Shown here one piece after another: positions 56,509-64,000 of a stretch of DNA of 64,000 bases. The translations under genes were made by a program, and so were the position numbers. The notes under the pieces are model-generated. The model saw nothing but the letters and a program-made list of their open reading frames with translations, searched no databases and had not been told where the DNA came from. Location: assembly GCA_964057225.1 (NCBI GenBank), contig OZ059896.1:21142001-21206000 (forward strand), given 5' to 3'. Within the stretch, counting starts at the first letter, position 1. Every line of letters starts with the position of its first letter. This DNA comes from Auanema rhodensis (taxonomy: Eukaryota > Animalia > Nematoda).

Positions 56509-59500
56509 ACAAAAATTTTTTCGAAAAATTTCAAAATAATTTAGCAAAAAGTAGATGTTTTTAGATTCCATTTTTCAAGGCAAAGACGATGGACAATGTT
56601 ATTCAACGAAAAAATTAATTCTTCAGGGTGAAAATCGAGGATATAAGTGTGAACTTATATCAGTTGATATCTCGGTGCATTTTTAAGCTAGCGCAAATCT
56701 GATAACACAGATCGACGCAGCTTAAAAATCCGGATCGAATGCACTATACTACATTGAGAAACGCTCAATACAAAAATTAGTTATAATCGTTTGAAAAATG
56801 ATGCATTAGTGTATGTTGAGTTTCCATGTACACTCAACATTGCTTCCAAAAACATTTTGACAAAAATTTTTTCGAAAAATTTCAAAATAATTTAGCAAAA
56901 AGTAGATGTTTTTAGATTCCGTTTTTCAAGGCAAAGACGATGGACAATGTTATTCAACGAAAAAATTAATTCTTCAGGGTGAAAATCGAGGATATAAGTG
57001 TGAACTTATATCAGTTGATATCTCGGTGCATTTTTAAGCTAGCGCAAATCTGATAACACAGATCGACGCAGCTTAAAAATCCGCATCGAATGCACTATAC
57101 TACATTGAGAAACGCTTGATACAAAAATTAGTTATGATCGTTTGAAAAATGATGCATTAGTGTATGTTGAGTTTCCATGTACACTCAACATTGCTTCCAA
57201 AAACATTTTGACAAAAATTTTTTCGAAAAATTTCAAAATAATTTAGCAAAAAGTAGATGTTTTTAGATTCCATTTTTCAAGGCAAAGACGATGGACAATG
57301 TTATTCAACGAAAAAATTAATTCTTCAGGGTGAAAATCGAGGATATAAGTGTGAACTTATATCAGTTGATATCTCGGTGCATTTTTAAGCTAGCGCAAAT
57401 CTGATAACACAGATCGACGCAGCTTAAAAATCCGGATCGAATGCACTATACTACATTGAGAAACTCTCAATACAAAAATTAGTTATAATCGTTTGAAAAA
57501 TGATGCATTAGTGTATGTTGAGTTTCCATGTACACTCAACATTGCTTCCAAAAACATTTTGACAAAAATTTTTTCGAAAAATTTCAAAATAATTTAGCAA
57601 AAAGTAGATGTTTTTAGATTCCGTTTTTCAAGGCAAAGACGATGGACAATGTTATTCAACGAAAAAATTAATTCTTCAGGGTGAAAATCGAGGATATAAG
57701 TGTGAACTTATATCAGTTGATATCTCGGTGCATTTTTAAGCTAGCGCAAATCTGATAACACAGATCGACGCAGCTTAAAAATCCGCATCGAATGCACTAT
57801 ACTACATTGAGAAACGCTTGATACAAAAATTAGTTATGATCGTTTGAAAAATGATGCATTAGTGTATGTTGAGTTTCCATGTACACTCAACATTGCTTCC
57901 AAAAACATTTTGACAAAAATTTTTTCGAAAAATTTCAAAATAATTTAGCAAAAAGTAGATGTTTTTAGATTCCATTTTTCAAGGCAAAGACGATGGACAA
58001 TGTTATTCAACGAAAAAATTAATTCTTCAGGGTGAAAATCGAGGATATAAGTGTGAACTTATATCAGTTGATATCTCGGTGCATTTTTAAGCTAGCGCAA
58101 ATCTGATAACACAGATCGACGCAGCTTAAAAATCCGGATCGAATGCACTATACTACATTGAGAAACGCTCAATACAAAAATTAGTTATGATCGTTTGAAA
58201 AATGATGCATTAGTGTATGTTGAGTTTCCATGTACACTCAACATTGCTTCCAAAAACATTTTGACAAAAATTTTTTCGAAAAATTTCAAAATAATTTAGC
58301 AAAAAGTAGATGTTTTTAGATTCCGTTTTTCAAGGCAAAGACGATGGACAATGTTATTCAACGAAAAAATTAATTCTTCAGGGTGAAAATCGAGGATATA
58401 AGTGTGAACTTATATCAGTTGATATCTCGGTGCATTTTTAAGCTAGCGCAAATCTGATAACACAGATCGACGCAGCTTAAAAATCCGCATCGAATGCACT
58501 ATACTACATTGAGAAACGCTTGATACAAAAATTAGTTATGATCGTTTGAAAAATGATGCATTAGTGTATGTTGAGTTTCCATGTACACTCAACATTGCTT
58601 CCAAAAACATTTTGACAAAAATTTTTTCGAAAAATTTCAAAATAATTTAGCAAAAAGTAGATGTTTTTAGATTCCATTTTTCAAGGCAAAGACGATGGAC
58701 AATGTTATTCAACGAAAAAATTAATTCTTCAGGGTGAAAATCGAGGATATAAGTGTGAACTTATATCAGTTGATATCTCGGTGCATTTTTAAGCTAGCGC
58801 AAATCTGATAACACAGATCGACGCAGCTTAAAAATCCGGATCGAATGCACTATACTACATTGAGAAACTCTCAATACAAAAATTAGTTATAATCGTTTGA
58901 AAAATGATGCATTAGTGTATGTTGAGTTTCCATGTACACTCAACATTGCTTCCAAAAACATTTTGACAAAAATTTTTTCGAAAAATTTCAAAATAATTTA
59001 GCAAAAAGTAGATGTTTTTAGATTCCGTTTTTCAAGGCAAAGACGATGGACAATGTTATTCAACGAAAAAATTAATTCTTCAGGGTGAAAATCGAGGATA
59101 TAAGTGTGAACTTATATCAGTTGATATCTCGGTGCATTTTTAAGCTAGCGCAAATCTGATAACACAGATCGACGCAGCTTAAAAATCCGCATCGAATGCA
59201 CTATACTACATTGAGAAACGCTTGATACAAAAATTAGTTATGATCGTTTGAAAAATGATGCATTAGTGTATGTTGAGTTTCCATGTACACTCAACATTGC
59301 TTCCAAAAACATTTTGACAAAAATTTTTTCGAAAAATTTCAAAATAATTTAGCAAAAAGTAGATGTTTTTAGATTCCATTTTTCAAGGCAAAGACGATGG
59401 ACAATGTTATTCAACGAAAAAATTAATTCTTCAGGGTGAAAATCGAGGATATAAGTGTGAACTTATATCAGTTGATATCTCGGTGCATTTTTAAGCTAGC

Positions 59501-60018
59501 GCAAATCTGATAACACAGATCGACGCAGCTTAAAAATCCGGATCGAATGCACTATACTACATTGAGAAACGCTCAATACAAAAATTAGTTATGATCGTTT
59601 GAAAAATGATGCATTAGTGTATGTTGAGTTTCCATGTACACTCAACATTGCTTCCAAAAACATTTTGACAAAAATTTTTTCGAAAAATTTCAAAATAATT
59701 TAGCAAAAAGTAGATGTTTTTAGATTCCGTTTTTCAAGGCAAAGACGATGGACAATGTTATTCAACGAAAAAATTAATTCTTCAGGGTGAAAATCGAGGA
59801 TATAAGTGTGAACTTATATCAGTTGATATCTCGGTGCATTTTTAAGCTAGCGCAAATCTGATAACACAGATCGACGCAGCTTAAAAATCCGCATCGAATG
59901 CACTATACTACATTGAGAAACGCTTGATACATAAATTAGTTATGATCGTTTGAAAAATGATGCATTAGTGTATGTTGAGTTTCCATGTACACTCAACATT
60001 GCTTCCAAAAACATTTTG
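56509..60018. repeat. Dimeric HOR (702 bp x 5) with a 1404-bp super-period, M162-M171
   Basis: Strict alternation of [TTCCA, CCGG, CTCA] and [TTCCG, CCGC, CTTG]; AAACTCTC at 57465 and 58869 (difference 1404). Confidence 0.88.
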
Positions 60019-63000
60019 ACAAAAATTTTTTCGAAAAATTTCAAAATAATTTAGCAAAAAGTAGATGTTTTTAGATTCCATTTTTCAAGGCAAAGACGAT
60101 GGACAATGTTATTCAACGAAAAAATTAATTCTTCAGGGTGAAAATCGAGGATATAAGTGTGAACTTATATCAGTTGATATCTCGGTGCATTTTTAAGCTA
60201 GCGCAAATCTGATAACACTGATCGACGCAGCTTAAAAATCCGCATCGAATGCACTATACCACATTGAGAAACGCTTAATACAAAAATTAGTTATGATCGT
60301 TTGAAAAATGATGCATTAGTGTATGTTGAGTTTCCATGTACACTCAACATTGCTTCCAAAAACATTTTGACAAAAATTTTTTCGAAAAATTTCAGAATAA
60401 TTTAGCAAAAAGTAGATGTTTTTAGATTCCATTTTTCAAGGCAAAGACGATGGACAATGTTATTCAACAAAAAAATTAATTCTTCAGGGTGAAAATCGAG
60501 GATATAAGTGTGAACTTATATCAGTTGATATCTCGGTGCATTTTTAAGCTAGCGCAAATCTGATAACACAGATCGACGCAGCTTAAAAATCCGGATCGAA
60601 TGCACTATACTACATTGAGAAACGCTCAATACAAAAATTAGTTATGATCGTTTGAATAATGATGCATTAGTGTATGTTGAGTTTCCATGTACACTCAACC
60701 TTGCTTCCAAAAACATTTTGACAAAAATTTTTTCGAAAAATTTCAAAATAATTTAGCAAAAAGTAGATGTTTTTAGATTCCATTTTTCAAGGCAAAGACG
60801 ATGGACAATGTTATTCAACGAAAAAATTAATTCTTCAGGGTGAAAATCGAGGATATAAGTGTGAACTTATATCAGTTGATATCTCGGTGCATTTTTAAGC
60901 TAGCGCAAATCTGATAACACAGATCGACGCAGCTTAAAAATCCGGATCGAATGCACTATACTACATTGAGAAACGCTCAATACAAAAATTAGTTATGATC
61001 GTTTGAAAAATGATGCATTAGTGTATGTTGAGTTTCCATGTACACTCCACATTGCTTCCAAAAACATTTTGACAAAAATTTTTTCGAAAAATTTCAAAAT
61101 AATTTAGCAAAAAGTAGATGTTTTTAGATTCCGTTTTTCAAGGCAAAGACGATGGACAATGTTATTCAACGAAAAAATTAATTCTTCAGGGTGAAAATCG
61201 AGGATATAAGTGTGAACTTATATCAGTTGATATCTCGGTGCATTTTTAAGCTAGCGCAAATCTGATAACACAGATCGACGCAGCTTAAAAATCCGGATCG
61301 AATGCACTATACTACATTGAGAAACGCTCAATACAAAAATTAGTTATGATCGTTTGAAAAATGATGCATTAGTGTATGTTGAGTTTCCATGTACACTCAA
61401 CATTGCTTCCAAAAACATTTTGACAAAAATTTTTTCGAAAAATTTCAAAATAATTTAGCAAAAAGTAGATGTTTTTAGATTCCGTTTTTCAAGGCAAAGA
61501 CGATGGACAATGTTATTCAACGAAAAAATTAATTCTTCAGGGTGAAAATCGAGGATATAAGTGTGAACTTATATCAGTTGATATCTCGGTGCATTTTTAA
61601 GCTAGCGCAAATCTGATAACACAGATCGACGCAGCTTAAAAATCCGCATCGAATGCACTATACTACATTGAGAAACGCTTGATACATAAATTAGTTATGA
61701 TCGTTTGAAAAATGATGCATTAGTGTATGTTGAGTTTCCATGTACACTCAACATTGCTTCCAAAAACATTTTGACAAAAATTTTTTCGAAAAATTTCAAA
61801 ATAATTTAGCAAAAAGTAGATGTTTTTAGATTCCATTTTTCAAGGCAAAGACGATGGACAATGTTATTCAACGAAAAAATTAATTCTTCAGGGTGAAAAT
61901 CGAGGATATAAGTGTGAACTTATATCAGTTGATATCTCGGTGCATTTTTAAGCTAGCGCAAATCTGATAACACTGATCGACGCAGCTTAAAAATCCGCAT
62001 CGAATGCACTATACCACATTGAGAAACGCTTAATACAAAAATTAGTTATGATCGTTTGAAAAATGATGCATTAGTGTATGTTGAGTTTCCATGTACACTC
62101 AACATTGCTTCCAAAAACATTTTGACAAAAATTTTTTCGAAAAATTTCAGAATAATTTAGCAAAAAGTAGATGTTTTTAGATTCCATTTTTCAAGGCAAA
62201 GACGATGGACAATGTTATTCAACAAAAAAATTAATTCTTCAGGGTGAAAATCGAGGATATAAGTGTGAACTTATATCAGTTGATATCTCGGTGCATTTTT
62301 AAGCTAGCGCAAATCTGATAACACAGATCGACGCAGCTTAAAAATCCGGATCGAATGCACTATACTACATTGAGAAACGCTCAATACAAAAATTAGTTAT
62401 GATCGTTTGAATAATGATGCATTAGTGTATGTTGAGTTTCCATGTACACTCAACCTTGCTTCCAAAAACATTTTGACAAAAATTTTTTCGAAAAATTTCA
62501 AAATAATTTAGCAAAAAGTAGATGTTTTTAGATTCCATTTTTCAAGGCAAAGACGATGGACAATGTTATTCAACGAAAAAATTAATTCTTCAGGGTGAAA
62601 ATCGAGGATATAAGTGTGAACTTATATCAGTTGATATCTCGGTGCATTTTTAAGCTAGCGCAAATCTGATAACACAGATCGACGCAGCTTAAAAATCCGG
62701 ATCGAATGCACTATACTACATTGAGAAACGCTCAATACAAAAATTAGTTATGATCGTTTGAAAAATGATGCATTAGTGTATGTTGAGTTTCCATGTACAC
62801 TCCACATTGCTTCCAAAAACATTTTGACAAAAATTTTTTCGAAAAATTTCAAAATAATTTAGCAAAAAGTAGATGTTTTTAGATTCCGTTTTTCAAGGCA
62901 AAGACGATGGACAATGTTATTCAACGAAAAAATTAATTCTTCAGGGTGAAAATCGAGGATATAAGTGTGAACTTATATCAGTTGATATCTCGGTGCATTT

Positions 63001-64000
63001 TTAAGCTAGCGCAAATCTGATAACACAGATCGACGCAGCTTAAAAATCCGCATCGAATGCACTATACTACATTGAGAAACGCTTGATACATAAATTAGTT
63101 ATGATCGTTTGAAAAATGATGCATTAGTGTATGTTGAGTTTCCATGTACACTCAACATTGCTTCCAAAAACATTTTGACAAAAATTTTTTCGAAAAATTT
63201 CAAAATAATTTAGCAAAAAGTAGATGTTTTTAGATTCCATTTTTCAAGGCAAAGACGATGGACAATGTTATTCAACGAAAAAATCAATTCTTCAGGGTGA
63301 AAATCGAGGATATAAGTGTGAACTTATATCAGTTGATATCTCGGTGCATTTTTAAGCTAGCGCAAATCTGATAACACTGATCGACGCAGCTTAAAAATCC
63401 GCATCGAATGCACTATACCACATTGAGAAACGCTTAATACAAAAATTAGTTATGATCGTTTGAAAAATGATGCATTAGTGTATGTTGAGTTTCCATGTAC
63501 ACTCAACATTGCTTCCAAAAACATTTTGACAAAAATTTTTTCGAAAAATTTCAAAATAATTTAGCAAAAAGTAGATGTTTTTAGATTCCATTTTTCAAGG
63601 CAAAGACGATGGACAATGTTATTCAACAAAAAAATTAATTCTTCAGGGTGAAAATCGAGGATATAAGTGTGAACTTATATCAGTTGATATCTCGGTGCAT
63701 TTTTAAGCTAGCGCAAATCTGATAACACAGATCGACGCAGCTTAAAAATCCGGATCGAATGCACTATACTACATTGAGAAACGCTCAATACAAAAATTAG
63801 TTATGATCGTTTGAATAATGATGCATTAGTGTATGTTGAGTTTCCATGTACACTCAACATTGCTTCCAAAAACATTTTGACAAAAATTTTTTCGAAAAAT
63901 TTCAAAATAATTTAGCAAAAAGTAGATGTTTTTAGATTCCGTTTTTCAAGGCAAAGACGATGGACAATGTTATTCAACGAAAAAATTAATTCTTCAGGGT
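59668..64000. repeat. 5-monomer (1755 bp) duplication followed by a related shorter unit
   Basis: TATACCAC at 60260, 62015 and 63419 (offsets 1755 and 1404); CAACCTTG in M173 and M178; CTCCAC in M174 and M179; TGAATAAT in M173, M178 and M182. Confidence 0.87.

Larger units (their letters stand above)
1..64000. repeat. Satellite DNA tandem array, 351-bp monomer, about 182.3 head-to-tail copies, running off both window ends
   Basis: The motif ACAAAA(A/T)TTTTTTCGAAAAATTTC recurs at 352, 703, 1054 and onward (variant copy at 1). Lines at 11581, 18601, 25621, 32641, 39661, 46681, 53701 and 60721 are in identical phase (7020 = 20 x 351). 11580 = 33 x 351 - 3, explained by three 1-bp deletions at about 2472, 6426 and 9584. 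The last partial monomer starts at 63880. Confidence 0.99.

Noticed and set aside
1-64000. CRISPR array or other repeat-spacer system, suggested by palindromic repeats at regular spacing
   Set aside because: The sequence between palindromes is the same in every unit, so there are no unique spacers, and there are no cas or other genes.
1-64000. Tandem 5S rRNA, tRNA, snRNA or spliced-leader gene array
   Set aside because: No recognisable 5S, tRNA cloverleaf, Pol III A/B/C boxes or snRNA/SL motif on either strand by eye. An Infernal/Rfam search would be decisive.
1-64000. Transposon or MITE tandem array, or an embedded insertion or inversion
   Set aside because: No terminal inverted repeats bounding the unit, target-site duplications or coding remnants were identified, and the 351-bp phase is never broken. 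A remote transposon origin of the monomer cannot be excluded.
1-64000. Pure artefact such as a rolling-circle concatemer or a collapsed/expanded assembly
   Set aside because: Variants form linked, regionally restricted, hierarchically duplicated haplotypes, including a shared indel, which random error or copying of one circle would not give. Individual block copy numbers still need read validation.
1-64000. Variant pattern as a programmed information store or diversity-generating system
   Set aside because: The patterns are explained by ordinary duplication and conversion. There is no adenine-specific mutagenesis, template/variable pair, reverse transcriptase or recombinase in the window.

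Overview
The whole 64 kb window is one uninterrupted head-to-tail satellite DNA array, all in one orientation. It has 182 complete copies plus 121 bp of a 351-bp AT-rich monomer (about 32% GC by hand count), and copies differ at only a few positions each. I see no supportable gene, RNA gene, CRISPR array, transposon insertion or inversion. The single ORF in the track is a by-product of a one-off TAG>CAG change in one monomer. The array looks like eukaryotic (peri)centromeric or heterochromatic satellite, but I cannot name the family or host. The informative structure lies at two levels. (i) Each monomer contains several inverted repeats and closely spaced A/T tracts. (ii) Shared SNP haplotypes record nested tandem duplications of 1 to 15 monomers, chimeric junction monomers, regional variant domains and a probable eroded ancestral 4-monomer higher-order repeat (HOR). 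I found no evidence of a new protein-based system. Numbering: M1 starts at 1, M34 at 11581, then every 351 bp; 'pos' means position within the monomer as phased at window base 1. All variant calls were read by eye and need confirming by alignment.
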